Origin: Acidobacteriota bacterium
GTDB lineage: Bacteria > Acidobacteriota > UBA6911 > RPQK01 > JAJDTT01
Direction: 5' to 3'
Length of the DNA stretch: 64,000 nucleotides
NCBI GenBank assembly: GCA_965209055.1
Contig: OZ242374.1
Location: 4,288,001 to 4,352,000 of the forward strand
Position numbers and translations under genes: made by a program. Below the pieces are notes generated by a model. That model was not told where the DNA came from. It saw only the letters and a list, made by a program, of their open reading frames with translations, and did no database searches. The stretch's first letter is position 1, and every line of letters starts with the position of its first letter. Shown one piece after another: positions 19,692-29,948 of the stretch.

Positions 19692-20914
19692 GCCCGTTTC
19701 TCGTCCATCAGACGTCGATACAGGGTCAAATGGTCGCTTGCGTACCGGTCCAGCGTCAAGCCGGCAGCGGTCTCCCGGGCCGCAGCGGCCAAGCTCCGGC
19801 GCAGGTCGTCCGAGAGCAAAATGGACTCGAGTCCCCGCACCAGATCGTCGACGTGATTCGGGGAAAAAACGATTCCGTTGACCCTATGGCGAACATATTC
19901 CACGAGGCCTCCGTCACCGGATACGGCGGGGCAACAGCCCAGGAGCATCCCTTCCAGATGGCTGCGTCCCGCTCCCTCGTTCCGAGCCGGGTAGACGACG
20001 ATCTGCGCGGCGGAATAGAGAGCGCGTAGATCGGCCGGAGAAAGCGTTTCCAGGAAGGTGACGTGGCCGTCCAGATCCAGGTTGGAGACCAGCTTCTCCA
20101 AGCGGGACTTGAAGGGAAGTCCTTCCGGTAGAGTCGGCCCCGGTAGAGCCAGCCTCACCCCCAGGCTCGCGTCCCGGACCGCCCGGCTCCGAACCACCCG
20201 GTGCAGGCCGCGGATCAGAAACTCGTGGTTTTTCCGCGGTATGAATCGCGCCGGGTAGACCATAAGGCGATCCGTCGCTCCCGGCGCAAGCCGTCGCCGC
20301 CAGGCATCGCGATCACGGTTCGCGACGGCGCCCGGATTCCAGAAGTCGCGGTCGACGAAGAATCCACGATAGTCGACACGGGGACCGCCGAAAGCGGCAG
20401 CCGAGAAACGGGTCACGGCACAGACGCGATCCGCCAACCGGCAGGACTCCCGGAGGATTTCGGCCATCTTCGGTGTCGCGGGCCTTCCTTCATGGTGGGT
20501 GATGACGGCGGGTGTGCCTGCGGCCCCGGCGGCCTCCAGGGCCACGACCTGGATTCGATGCCGAACCAGGTGGACGTGCAGCAGATGGGGCCGCTCCCGC
20601 CGCAGCAACCCGTCCAGGTGGCGCCGGAACGCGGTGCAGGCCGTGTCGGAGTCCATGTCGGTGCGTCCGAGAGTACGCATGGGTACGAGGCAGGGAAAGA
20701 CTCGGATCGGGGTACGCGCCTCATACAAGTGGCCATCCCGGCGCCTGACCTTTCCCGCGGCCTCCAGCGCCTCCATCTGCGACTCTCCCACCAGGAAGGT
20801 CTGGAGCACCTCGGCACGGCCGGTCCCGGCCAGCGCCCGGTTCAGCGCGCGCAGGTGGCCCATGAGGCCGCCGGTGTTGACCAGGTAGTCGTGGGAGAAG
20901 CGGAGGACCTTCAC
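19688..20914 (-). CDS. Glycosyltransferase family 4
   Basis: 'PHLLHVH', 'YPARFIPRKNH', E-x7-E 'NEGAGRSHLEGMLLG', 'GGLVEYV...NG'. ATGA overlap with the next GT. Confidence 0.85.
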   Translation of the reverse strand: MKVLRFSHDYLVNTGGLMGHLRALNRALAGTGRAEVLQTFLVGESQMEALEAAGKVRRRDGHLYEARTPIRVFPCLVPMRTLGRTDMDSDTACTAFRRHLDGLLRRERPHLLHVHLVRHRIQVVALEAAGAAGTPAVITHHEGRPATPKMAEILRESCRLADRVCAVTRFSAAAFGGPRVDYRGFFVDRDFWNPGAVANRDRDAWRRRLAPGATDRLMVYPARFIPRKNHEFLIRGLHRVVRSRAVRDASLGVRLALPGPTLPEGLPFKSRLEKLVSNLDLDGHVTFLETLSPADLRALYSAAQIVVYPARNEGAGRSHLEGMLLGCCPAVSGDGGLVEYVRHRVNGIVFSPNHVDDLVRGLESILLSDDLRRSLAAAARETAAGLTLDRYASDHLTLYRRLMDEKRA

Positions 20915-20926
20915 CGGGGAGCGGCG

Positions 20927-22324
20927 TCAGGCCCTCGACCAGGGGCCGGTGATGGCCACCGTGAGGCCCTTCTGCTGGATGTTGACCAGGAGTGTCGACC
21001 CGTCTGGGGTGAAGCAGGCGCCGGCGAATTCGGTCCGCAGCCGGTTGTTGGCCAGAACGTAGCACCGGCCCTCCGGAGTGACTCCGATGAGACGCACGAC
21101 CTCGGTGGATCGATCCTCGCAAAGGACCAGGTCGCCCCAGGGGCTCAGTGTCAGGTTGTCGGCGCTCTTGAGCAGGTCCACGTCGTCCGGTTCGATGAAG
21201 AGCTCCAGGGCACCGGGCGCTTGACTCTCCTCCGGCGTGCCTTCCCCCGGGCTTGGCCGGTACTTAAAGATCTGGCCGTTTCTGCGGTACCCGCCGTTGG
21301 TGCAGGCGAAATAGACCGTTTGGTTGCCGTACCACATGCCTTCTCCCCGGGCGAAGCGAGCGGCGCCGGCCTCAAATCCCCGGTATCGCAGGTTGTCCTC
21401 CCGGGGGTCCGGGTCCTCGATATCGATCCACTCGACGGCCACCGGTTCTCCAACGGGGATGGTTCTCCAGAGATTCCAGTTGCGAGTGTCCGCACTGCTC
21501 CGGTCCCGGATCTTGAGGACCTGAAGCCGTCCTCCCGCCTGCAATTTGCCGGGGGACTTGGGGAGAAACCGGTAGAGGAGGCCGTCGCCTCGATCTTCCG
21601 TCTGGTAGACGATTCCGGTCTCCTCGGCCACGGCGACGGCTTCATGATTGAAACGGCCCATGGCGCGCAGGGGGACGGGGTCCACAACCTCCATTCCGGT
21701 CGTGGCGGGAACCTCGAAGTTGTAGCCATGGTCCTGATCGGCCCAGATTCCAGCCTCTTCGTCGTGTCCGGCCGTCCGCACGGTCTCCTCGCAACTGATC
21801 CAACTGTTCCAGGGCGTGGCTCCCCCGGCACAGTTGCGTATGGTTCCCGCCAGACTCAGGAACTGGGAGACGATCTCCTGGCGGCCCGTATCGAAGAGAA
21901 ACGTGCTGGTGCCCCCGCACGACGGGGTCTTGCCTTCACCGAAGTCGTAGATCTTGCCGCGATCCAGCAGCTCCAGCCGGCGGTTGTCCCTGCCGAACGG
22001 GCCGCGGTCCGATTGAGTCGTCAGTTCATGATTGCGGATCACGACGGCGAGACCGTCCGGTCCCGGAAAGGCGGCCATGCCGTCGGGCGCCCCGGGCAGG
22101 AACAGGCCGTCCGACATGGTCTGCCCGGCCCAGGACACGATGCGGTACCGGAACCCCTCCGGGAGATCCAGGATGCCCCTGGGGTCGCGTTGCAACGGTC
22201 CGTACCCGGGATCCACCAGGTCGGCATCTTTGTAGAGGGGACGGTCACTCATCAAGTGACGCAGGCCCAGGAAACCGGCGGGAACCAAGCCTCCCGCAAT
22301 CAGGAAATGGCGGCGATCGAGCAT
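20927..22324 (-). CDS. phoX: PhoX-type (DUF839) alkaline phosphatase, Tat-exported
   Basis: Tat motif 'DRRHFL'. 'PDGMAAF', 'IRNHE', 'NCAGGATPWNSWISCEE', 'MGRFNHEA', 'RGEG', 'ADNL', 'EFAGACF'. Confidence 0.88.
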   Translation of the reverse strand: MLDRRHFLIAGGLVPAGFLGLRHLMSDRPLYKDADLVDPGYGPLQRDPRGILDLPEGFRYRIVSWAGQTMSDGLFLPGAPDGMAAFPGPDGLAVVIRNHELTTQSDRGPFGRDNRRLELLDRGKIYDFGEGKTPSCGGTSTFLFDTGRQEIVSQFLSLAGTIRNCAGGATPWNSWISCEETVRTAGHDEEAGIWADQDHGYNFEVPATTGMEVVDPVPLRAMGRFNHEAVAVAEETGIVYQTEDRGDGLLYRFLPKSPGKLQAGGRLQVLKIRDRSSADTRNWNLWRTIPVGEPVAVEWIDIEDPDPREDNLRYRGFEAGAARFARGEGMWYGNQTVYFACTNGGYRRNGQIFKYRPSPGEGTPEESQAPGALELFIEPDDVDLLKSADNLTLSPWGDLVLCEDRSTEVVRLIGVTPEGRCYVLANNRLRTEFAGACFTPDGSTLLVNIQQKGLTVAITGPWSRA

Positions 22325-22483
22325 TTTGTCTTCTCCTGCTTTAATCGGCGCGTCCGCGCCGCGTACTGCCCAAGTTTGCCAGCGACTCGTTGGTTCCACA
22401 AGCGCCCGGCTTCGGCCGCGACCGGCGATCTGGTCTATAATCGGTTCCACAACAGCGTTTGCGGCCGTCTTTCACGAGGTCGA

Positions 22484-23749
22484 ATGTTCCTTACCCACAG
22501 AGGCCTTCGCCATCTTTCAATTCTCTTCAGCCTGTTCCTCTGGACCGGCATCTCCCAATGCCGGGCTGAGGTCCTGGGAGTGACGTTCCCCTATCGGTCC
22601 CCCAAGGGAGATTACGTCACCCGGCAGGACCGATACCATACCTTCCGGATCCCGGGGATGGTCGTCGCCGGCGACGGGTCGATTCTGGCCTTCGCGGAAG
22701 GCCGCCGGGGCCGGGGAAGAGATCCCACAATCGACGAGAACGCTCCTCTCGATATGGTCCTGCGCCGGAGCACCGATCAAGGCAGGACCTGGGAACCGAT
22801 GCAGGTCATCGATTCCGGTTTCCGGCCGGACGGGAGCCTGGTCGATTTCGCCGACCCGACTCCCGTTCTCGACGCCGTGACCCAGACCGTGCACCTGTTG
22901 TACGGACAGTGGCCCGACCGGGGCCCGCTGGTGATGAAGCCGGGTCAGAACCCGGCCGCCGGCGCCGTCAATCACGTGACCTGGGTCCGCTCCAGCAACG
23001 ACCACGGCCGGACCTGGTCCCCGCGCCGTCAGATCGACTATCCGGATGAGCCGTCCGAAACCAACGATGGATTCTATTGGAGGCAAGCCGAACCGGGTCC
23101 CGGCCATGGAATCCAGCTCCAATGGCAGGATCCACAGGTAGCCCCCAACGGCCGTCTCGTGGTGCCGGCCAAGCGGTACCGTTCCCGGACGCCGGACGGA
23201 CGGGCCACGGCGGAACCGTTCGTCTACTATTCGGACGACCACGGAAGAACCTGGAAGGTAGGACGCGCCACCGGTGGACCCGCAGCCAACGAGGACGAGG
23301 TCGTGGAGCTGACCGACGGCCGGTTGCTGCTGGACGCGCGGCAGACCCGCGGGGCTTTTCGCCGGCGCCACATCAGCGCCGACGGCGGCCTCACATGGGG
23401 CCCCGACCTGTCGGACACCATAGCCCTCACGCGGGTGGACGGTTCCATGGTCCGCTATTCGGCCACCCGGGCCGGCCATGACAAGGACCGGATCCTGTTC
23501 TCGGCTCCCCAAGGCCGAGACGGTCTCAACCGGACGAGGATCACCGTCTGGACCAGCTACGACGAGGGAGAGACCTTCGTCAATCCGGTCAAATTCAACG
23601 ATGGGTTCGCCGCCTATTCGGTTCTGCAGCGGCTGTCGGACGGAACCATCGGCCTCCTGGCGGAGACCTCCCAGGAGGAGGGCGTCCGATACGGCGAGAT
23701 CAGCTTCCACCGTTTCGACATCGGCGAGTTGGAAGAGGGTTCCCGGTAG
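22484..23749 (+). CDS. Secreted exo-alpha-sialidase (GH33)
   Basis: FRIP motif, five Asp-boxes (STDQGRTW, SNDHGRTW, SDDHGRTW, SADGGLTW, SYDEGETF) and C-terminal 'AYS...LAE'. TATAAT at 22436-22441 upstream. The ORF track's 1182-aa call is a spurious upstream extension. Confidence 0.85.
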   Translation: MFLTHRGLRHLSILFSLFLWTGISQCRAEVLGVTFPYRSPKGDYVTRQDRYHTFRIPGMVVAGDGSILAFAEGRRGRGRDPTIDENAPLDMVLRRSTDQGRTWEPMQVIDSGFRPDGSLVDFADPTPVLDAVTQTVHLLYGQWPDRGPLVMKPGQNPAAGAVNHVTWVRSSNDHGRTWSPRRQIDYPDEPSETNDGFYWRQAEPGPGHGIQLQWQDPQVAPNGRLVVPAKRYRSRTPDGRATAEPFVYYSDDHGRTWKVGRATGGPAANEDEVVELTDGRLLLDARQTRGAFRRRHISADGGLTWGPDLSDTIALTRVDGSMVRYSATRAGHDKDRILFSAPQGRDGLNRTRITVWTSYDEGETFVNPVKFNDGFAAYSVLQRLSDGTIGLLAETSQEEGVRYGEISFHRFDIGELEEGSR

Positions 23750-23770
23750 GCACCCGGGGCGTCCGACACC

Positions 23771-25309
23771 ATGAAATCCCGGGCCTGCAAGACAATCGCC
23801 GTCGCCTTTCTTTTTCCGATCCTGCTTGCCGCCTGCGGTTACAAGCGTCCGATTCTGACCCGAACGGATCCGCGCGGCCCAGCGGCGCACCGGGAAGCGG
23901 CTGCCGCGCCCGAATCGATTCCGGACGCCGAGCAACATCTTCACGGTTGGCGAACGGCCGAAGCGGCCTACGAGGAGGCCTACGGGAACTCGCCGGGCCC
24001 GATGATCCTGCACAAGCTGCTCACCACCCAATTCCTCATCCTGATGCGCCAGGCGGAGGAGGGAATCTACGGTCCCTTCCAGGCCGAACGGCTCTCTTCG
24101 CTCTGCTCCCGGGGAACCACGTCGTTTCATGAGATCCTTTGCCGATCGGCGCAAGAGCGGTTGCGACAGCGCCGTTCCACGCCCACCGGCAAGGCCCGCA
24201 TCCCAAGTTCAAATTGGGACCGGGAGATACCGGTCGAGAACCCATTGCTTGCGGCCTATCTCCGATTTCTCCTCACCGACCAGAACCAAGACTCCGAACA
24301 GTCTGCCAAGAATCATCTCGAAGTTCTGGATCCGGACAGGTCCTCTCCACTGACGCTTTACCTGTCCTGGAAGAACAAGCGGCTTGACCAGATCGCGGAT
24401 CATGTCGAGAGGCATCCCGGTTTCGCCGAGCTGTTGCTCTACCGGGGAAGCCGGCTGCTGGAGGAGTCCAGATATGCGGAAGCCATCGACTCGATGACGG
24501 AATCCATTCGCCTCGTGCCCGAGTACACGAAGGCCATGGTCGGATTGGGCGAGTTCCACCTTCGATCTCTGCATCTCTACCGGCGGGCGCTTCGTTATTT
24601 CGAGGATGCCCTGACCTGGGATCCGCAAAACATTTCCGCCTTGTTCGGCCACGGCGTCGTTCTTCATTTGCTGGGACGGCACGAGCCATCCCAGCACTCC
24701 CTGGACCGCCTGCTGGAACTCGCGCCGGCGGTGTGGAACGGCATCCCCCAGGAGTCACGAATAAGTTTTCGCGCCCGCACCTGCTACTGGAAAGCCAATA
24801 ATTATTACGCGGCCGGGTCATCGGAAAAGGCGCGGGAATGGGTCGACCGAGCCTTGGCCGACATGCCCCGCTCCGAAGCGGCCTTATACCTGTCGGGCCT
24901 TCTACACCTGGAGAAGGGGGATCTCGCCTCCGCCCGCCCCGAATTTCTCAAAGTCGTGGACGGCGGCACCGAGTTGTGCGATGCGTACTACCAACTCGGG
25001 GTGATCAACCAATCCCGGCCTGGACGAGACTTCTTGTTCAACTTCATGAACAATGCATATTGTCGACAGCGAAAGCTGATCAATCTGAAAGAGAAGTTGA
25101 ACGGAGCCGAAGGCATGGATCTCGACTCCGCAAGGAAGGAAGAGGTGGTCGAAGTCCTTCGGGCTCGCCGGGACCGGCTGCGCGAGGAGACCCTGGCGTC
25201 TCTCTTCAATATGACGAAAAGGGCGAGTTTGATCGGGGAATTGGATGCAACCGCGTTCCACCAGGCGATGGACGAGGTATGGAATCGACTCTCCGATCCC
25301 GAGTGGTAG
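23771..25309 (+). CDS. TPR-repeat lipoprotein
   Basis: Lipobox 'LLAAC'. TPR-like helices 'AMVGLGEFH', 'ALFGHGVVL', 'AYYQLGVI'. Confidence 0.75.
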   Translation: MKSRACKTIAVAFLFPILLAACGYKRPILTRTDPRGPAAHREAAAAPESIPDAEQHLHGWRTAEAAYEEAYGNSPGPMILHKLLTTQFLILMRQAEEGIYGPFQAERLSSLCSRGTTSFHEILCRSAQERLRQRRSTPTGKARIPSSNWDREIPVENPLLAAYLRFLLTDQNQDSEQSAKNHLEVLDPDRSSPLTLYLSWKNKRLDQIADHVERHPGFAELLLYRGSRLLEESRYAEAIDSMTESIRLVPEYTKAMVGLGEFHLRSLHLYRRALRYFEDALTWDPQNISALFGHGVVLHLLGRHEPSQHSLDRLLELAPAVWNGIPQESRISFRARTCYWKANNYYAAGSSEKAREWVDRALADMPRSEAALYLSGLLHLEKGDLASARPEFLKVVDGGTELCDAYYQLGVINQSRPGRDFLFNFMNNAYCRQRKLINLKEKLNGAEGMDLDSARKEEVVEVLRARRDRLREETLASLFNMTKRASLIGELDATAFHQAMDEVWNRLSDPEW

Positions 25310-25384
25310 GGGACGCATCGTGCATGAATTGAATCGAGTCTCGGCCGCTGTACATCGGCCTCTTGCGGACTCCGGGAGACTGTC

Positions 25385-27106
25385 ATGAACCTCACACGCA
25401 GGGAAGCTATTGCCGCCGTCATCGGCGGCGCCGCGGGATGGGCCGCCGGGTGCAGGGGAGGCGAAGAGATTTCCGGCCCGTCCCAAGCCAAGCTGGACCG
25501 GTTGGAGGCAGCGCGCCGGCGGCGGCGAATCATCTTCGTGGATGACAACTACGGTCTTTCCCACGCAGGAAGCGACACGCCCGAGGGATTCCTGGCGCCC
25601 CGGCTCAAGCCGCTGGTCGGAACGCAGGTCGACGCCATCACCTACGCCGTCTACGCACACAGTCCGGCCTACATCAGCAAGGCTCGGAAAAGGCTCTACG
25701 CCGCGGCCGGCGGGACTTCGGTCACCGATCAGGCCTGGGCCAAGAATCACAAGGCGCTGGTGGACGCGGGACACGACCCGCTGCAGTTGGTCATCGACTT
25801 CGCCCACGAAAACGGGATGGAAGCCTTCGCCCACATGAGCATGAACGACTGCCACGACAGCATCATGAGAAACCTCATGCACCCCTTCAAGAGCCAGCAC
25901 CCCGAGCTGCTGGTGGACACGGAGGGGACACTTTCCCACCTGCAGTTGTACGTGACAGCGTACGACTTCTCGCATGAGGCCGCGCGGGACCGCCAGTTCA
26001 CCATCGTCCGGGAGGTCTGCGAGGGGTTCGACGTGGACGGCTTCGAGATGGACTACTTCCGGCATCCCATGTTCTTCAGCCGCTGCATGCGCGGCGAACC
26101 GGCGACTCCGGAAGAGACGGCGATCATGACCGGCTTCATGGCCCGGATTCGAAAGATGGCCGATGCAGCCGCGGCGCGGCGCGGGAGACCCCTGCTGCTG
26201 TCGGCCCGGGTCCCCGATACCTTCGAGCAGGCGATCCACCTGGGCATGGACGTGGAGGCCTGGATGGCCAACGACCTGGTGGACCTGATCATCGCCGGCG
26301 GCGGATATGCGTCGAGCACATTGGACGTCGAACACTTCGTCCAAACGGCCCACGAACACGACGTGCGGGTCTACCCCTGCATCAATCAGAAGCCATGGAG
26401 CTGCGCCCCGGCCTGGTGCCGGGAAGGGAACCGGGCGCTGGCGGCCCGTTGGCACCGCGCCGGAGCCGACGGCATCCACTTCTGGAATCTGGCCACACCC
26501 TTCGACCCCTACTCCGTGGATACCCCGGAGGAGCTCGCTGCGACCCGTAATCGTGTCTATGCCTGTCTGAACGACGTGGGCGAGGCTGATACGTTGGAAG
26601 ACAGGGACAAGCTTTACTGTGTCGACAGTTCGGTGTTCATCCACTACAGGCACGTTACGGCCGAGCCTCCCCTGCCGCTGCACCTGACACCCGGCCGCAC
26701 AGCAAACCTTCCACTTCCGTTGGGAGACGACGTCCAGGCGGCCGCGAAAGACGGCACGCTCCAGGAACTACGGCTGGAGCTGACGGTGCACGGACATCTG
26801 CAGGAAGGCGGGTTGGAGTTGACCGTCAACGGGCATTCCGCAGGAGCGGGAGACGCCGTACGGATCGGGTATGCCCATTCGCACGAGCATCGCCACGAGG
26901 CGGACGGAACCGTGTCTCCCCACGGCCACTATCACTTCAAGGCCCACCAGGTGACTTATCTCCTGGCCGCCCCTCCACTGAATCTGGGGGATAACGAACT
27001 GGAGTTGCTGGTGGCGTCCAGCGACGATCCATTCAAGACCGGGGGCCCGCTCCAACTGGTGAATGCCCAGCTCTGGGTGCGGTTCCGGTCCGAAGACAGC
27101 GCCTGA
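25385..27106 (+). CDS. Tat-exported GHL10/DUF187-like TIM-barrel putative glycoside hydrolase with His-rich insert
   Basis: Tat-like 'TRREAI'. 'MNDCHD', 'HPELL', 'YDFSHEAARD', 'FDVDGFEMDYFRHP', 'GADGIHFWN'. Confidence 0.65.
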   Translation: MNLTRREAIAAVIGGAAGWAAGCRGGEEISGPSQAKLDRLEAARRRRRIIFVDDNYGLSHAGSDTPEGFLAPRLKPLVGTQVDAITYAVYAHSPAYISKARKRLYAAAGGTSVTDQAWAKNHKALVDAGHDPLQLVIDFAHENGMEAFAHMSMNDCHDSIMRNLMHPFKSQHPELLVDTEGTLSHLQLYVTAYDFSHEAARDRQFTIVREVCEGFDVDGFEMDYFRHPMFFSRCMRGEPATPEETAIMTGFMARIRKMADAAAARRGRPLLLSARVPDTFEQAIHLGMDVEAWMANDLVDLIIAGGGYASSTLDVEHFVQTAHEHDVRVYPCINQKPWSCAPAWCREGNRALAARWHRAGADGIHFWNLATPFDPYSVDTPEELAATRNRVYACLNDVGEADTLEDRDKLYCVDSSVFIHYRHVTAEPPLPLHLTPGRTANLPLPLGDDVQAAAKDGTLQELRLELTVHGHLQEGGLELTVNGHSAGAGDAVRIGYAHSHEHRHEADGTVSPHGHYHFKAHQVTYLLAAPPLNLGDNELELLVASSDDPFKTGGPLQLVNAQLWVRFRSEDSA

Positions 27107-27124
27107 CGGCAACGTCCAAGCCGG

Positions 27125-28693
27125 TTACTCGAACCAGAAGGAAAAGAGCTCCGCTTTCTCCAAGTGGAATTCCAGCCGGATCGCCTGGTCCTTGAGGGAG
27201 GCGGGGCCGGCGGAACCCTCCCAGGCGACCGTGTGGTTCGTGGAGTCTCCGCTGAAGGGCCGGCACCGGTCGCCCGACCATTCCTTGAACCGCAGCCCGT
27301 CATGCTCTCCGTCGCCGCGTCGGACCGCCACTCGGACGGAGCCCCCATCTTCCGTCCGGGCGTTGATTCGCAGACGGCCGCCCGGGTGCCGGAGGGGCCG
27401 CGTCAACATGCTCCCCTGATCGGCAGCCTTCAACGAAACGAATCCGTCGCGGCGCAGGGACGCCAGGCAGATGTGGCCGTCCCCGGGCCGGACGTCGCGG
27501 GAAATGTGCAGGCTCTCGTGTCCGGAGTAATAGAGGTCGACCCGGTCCTCGCGTTCGACGAGTCCCTTGGCGACGTAGACTCGGCCCCGGTCGTAGGAGC
27601 CGTCAGGCCCCGTCTCCAGGAAGATGGGACGTTCCGGATGGCGTTCCCAGTTCCTGCCGTCCCGGCTCCAGGCGAGCTGGACGTCGATCTTCAGCTTCTT
27701 CTCGACGCCTCCCTCCCGCTGGAATGGGGGCCGCAGGTAGAACATGTGGAGAAACCCGAGGTAGACCCCCTGGTACCGCATCACCGGCATGCAATAGAGA
27801 GAATAGGGATCCAGTTCGTCGGGAACCACCACATGCTCGGGCTGGCTCCAGTTGAGCAGGTCGGCGCTCTCGGAATAGGCGATGCGCCGGATCTCGCCGG
27901 CGTTGATGGGCGGCCGGCGGTAATACATGACGACGCCGCGCTCGGGGTTGTAGGTCAGGTTGTTGGCGGTGTCGCTCTGGCCCCGGAAGATAGGGTTCTC
28001 CTTCTGGTCGGTCCAGCGGTAGCCGTCGTCACTGAAGGCCACCCGGAGCTCCTGGCCACCCGCGATCAATTCAGGATGTGGATCGCGTCCGGCGGGACTC
28101 AGGTTGTAGATCATCAGAAACCGACCCTGATCCCGCCATTTGGGAGGAGTCGGGATCACGCCCACGCTGTCGAAACTGATCTTGTCGCCCCCTTTGAAGA
28201 CGTTGTGGGCCTTGGAACCGTCGACCTCAACCAGTCCCAGCTTGGGGGCGGTCCACTGGAGGCCATCTTTGGACTCGTAGTAGCGGGCGCGGCTCAACCA
28301 GTAGAAGCCGGGTGGAGTGGGGATCTCGATCAATACGCTACTGGAATCCCACAGGCGGTAGAGACCGCTGTCCGGGTCTCGGAGAACGCTCACGTAGGTG
28401 ACCGTCGTGTCCGGATTGAGGTCCTTCGATCCGGTCGAGAAGAGCGGATTGGAGGGGTGTTTTTCCGGTTGATGGACCTTACGGCGAAGGGCCCGCACAT
28501 CCTCGACCACGTGGTTGTCCATCAGGAGCTGGCGTTCGTGACCGATCTCCAGCGGCTCGGTGGGAAGAATCGAGTAGGAGCCCCGAATGGTCCACTGGTG
28601 CTCGTGTTGCGAGGCGGAGAGGTTCAGTACGACACTCAAAATAATGAGCGTGGCTGTCGCCGCCCGGGGACAAGCCATGCAGTTCGTTCTCAT
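27125..28693 (-). CDS. Secreted five-bladed beta-propeller glycoside-hydrolase-like protein of unknown specificity
   Basis: Signal peptide. 'RQLLMDNHVV', 'YYESKDGLQWTAPKLG', 'QLAWSRDG', 'LRRDGFVS', 'LEKAELFSF'. Paralog of 34721-36295. Confidence 0.6.
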   Translation of the reverse strand: MRTNCMACPRAATATLIILSVVLNLSASQHEHQWTIRGSYSILPTEPLEIGHERQLLMDNHVVEDVRALRRKVHQPEKHPSNPLFSTGSKDLNPDTTVTYVSVLRDPDSGLYRLWDSSSVLIEIPTPPGFYWLSRARYYESKDGLQWTAPKLGLVEVDGSKAHNVFKGGDKISFDSVGVIPTPPKWRDQGRFLMIYNLSPAGRDPHPELIAGGQELRVAFSDDGYRWTDQKENPIFRGQSDTANNLTYNPERGVVMYYRRPPINAGEIRRIAYSESADLLNWSQPEHVVVPDELDPYSLYCMPVMRYQGVYLGFLHMFYLRPPFQREGGVEKKLKIDVQLAWSRDGRNWERHPERPIFLETGPDGSYDRGRVYVAKGLVEREDRVDLYYSGHESLHISRDVRPGDGHICLASLRRDGFVSLKAADQGSMLTRPLRHPGGRLRINARTEDGGSVRVAVRRGDGEHDGLRFKEWSGDRCRPFSGDSTNHTVAWEGSAGPASLKDQAIRLEFHLEKAELFSFWFE

Positions 28694-28706
28694 CGGATGG
28701 CTCCTC

Positions 28707-29948
28707 TTACTGGAATTTGTCCTGCATCGAAATGGAGACGGACCGGACCAGGCGGTCTCCCGTGTTGAAGAAGATGTCCTGGAGCTGTTCGCGGGTCAGG
28801 CCCAGCCGGATCGCCGCCCGCCGCATGGCCCGCAACTGCTCGTAGAGCAAATACGTCAATTCTCCCCCCAGTTTGTTGGTGGAGGGAGTCAGGTCTCCCC
28901 AACTCGACCCATAGAAGACGATCTTCCCCCGGGAGAAGGCCACGTCGCCCGAGTCGGCCCCATACAGGATCCGGTCCGTGTCCACCTGAGAGAAGAGCAC
29001 GTCGAAGGACTCCATGCAGCAGATGGCAGAGACTTCGTACCAGATGTTCGGAAGCCCGCGGAAAGCGGGGGCGGCCTCTTCGATGGGGTACGGTGAGAAG
29101 CTGCGCGCGCTGTGAGCCAGAATCCAACGGGCCCGGGGATAGCGGTCGGCCAATCGGAGCATGTCGCTCACGTTTCTGGGATCGGCGAAAGACTTCTTCA
29201 TGCCCACGTGGAGCATGATGAGCAGCCCGTAGCGGTCGGCCACGGCAATCTGGTGCTCGGGGAGGAAATCGGTGATCCGGCATCCAGAATCCCGGGGCGG
29301 GCAATACCGGGGATAGGGTTTCAGGCCCAGGAGGCGATGCTTCAGGATCGTATCCTCCACCTCATGTGCGGAAATGGACGGCTCCACCAGCATCAGCCCG
29401 GCGGACCCGGGCTCCTTCCGGACCTCTTGGCCGGTGAATTCGTTCGACTTCCGGAAATCACACCGGTAGAAGGGAAACGGAAACGCCAGGTGCGTGATCT
29501 TGCGGCCCGGCATCAGGACGCTTTCGACTTGGCGCACCGTGTCGATACCGCAGTCGGTCCAGACGGTTTCGGTCTTGAAGTCCTCTATTCCGGAAAGCGC
29601 CGCCCGGTAGTTCAGGTCGAAGCCGGCCCGGTAGATATGGCAATGAGCGTCGAAGATCCGGGTGGGAACGAATTCCGCGAGTTCCTCTTCCCAGATCTGC
29701 CGGTCCAGGCCTTCCAGCGTCCGGGGAGGGTTTTCTCCTTCACGGGTCCGGATGGAGGGTTTTCGGGCCGGGGTTCCTTCTTGGGGACGGGCGTTAGCGG
29801 TCCGCTTCAGCCGGGTGGCCGCCAGGACACCGGCGCCCGTGGAAAGGAACCGCCTCCGGCCGACGTTCCGGCTGTCTGGCTCGGATCTGGGTCTGGAGCC
29901 GGGTTTAGTGTGTATCTGCGTCGCCTCCTTGGGGATCGGATTGAGCAT
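28707..29948 (-). CDS. Amidohydrolase_2-family protein with Tat-like signal (start uncertain)
   Basis: 'GRRRFLSTGAG'. 'IFDAHCH', 'GLKPY', 'LIMLH', 'ILAH', 'ILYGAD'. Confidence 0.8.
   Translation of the reverse strand: MLNPIPKEATQIHTKPGSRPRSEPDSRNVGRRRFLSTGAGVLAATRLKRTANARPQEGTPARKPSIRTREGENPPRTLEGLDRQIWEEELAEFVPTRIFDAHCHIYRAGFDLNYRAALSGIEDFKTETVWTDCGIDTVRQVESVLMPGRKITHLAFPFPFYRCDFRKSNEFTGQEVRKEPGSAGLMLVEPSISAHEVEDTILKHRLLGLKPYPRYCPPRDSGCRITDFLPEHQIAVADRYGLLIMLHVGMKKSFADPRNVSDMLRLADRYPRARWILAHSARSFSPYPIEEAAPAFRGLPNIWYEVSAICCMESFDVLFSQVDTDRILYGADSGDVAFSRGKIVFYGSSWGDLTPSTNKLGGELTYLLYEQLRAMRRAAIRLGLTREQLQDIFFNTGDRLVRSVSISMQDKFQ

Noticed and set aside
20201-23749. 1182-aa ORF suggesting a giant sialidase fusion
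   Set aside because: The first ~760 codons are the antisense shadow of phoX and the GT4. The real protein starts at ATG 22484 with a signal peptide and an upstream TATAAT.
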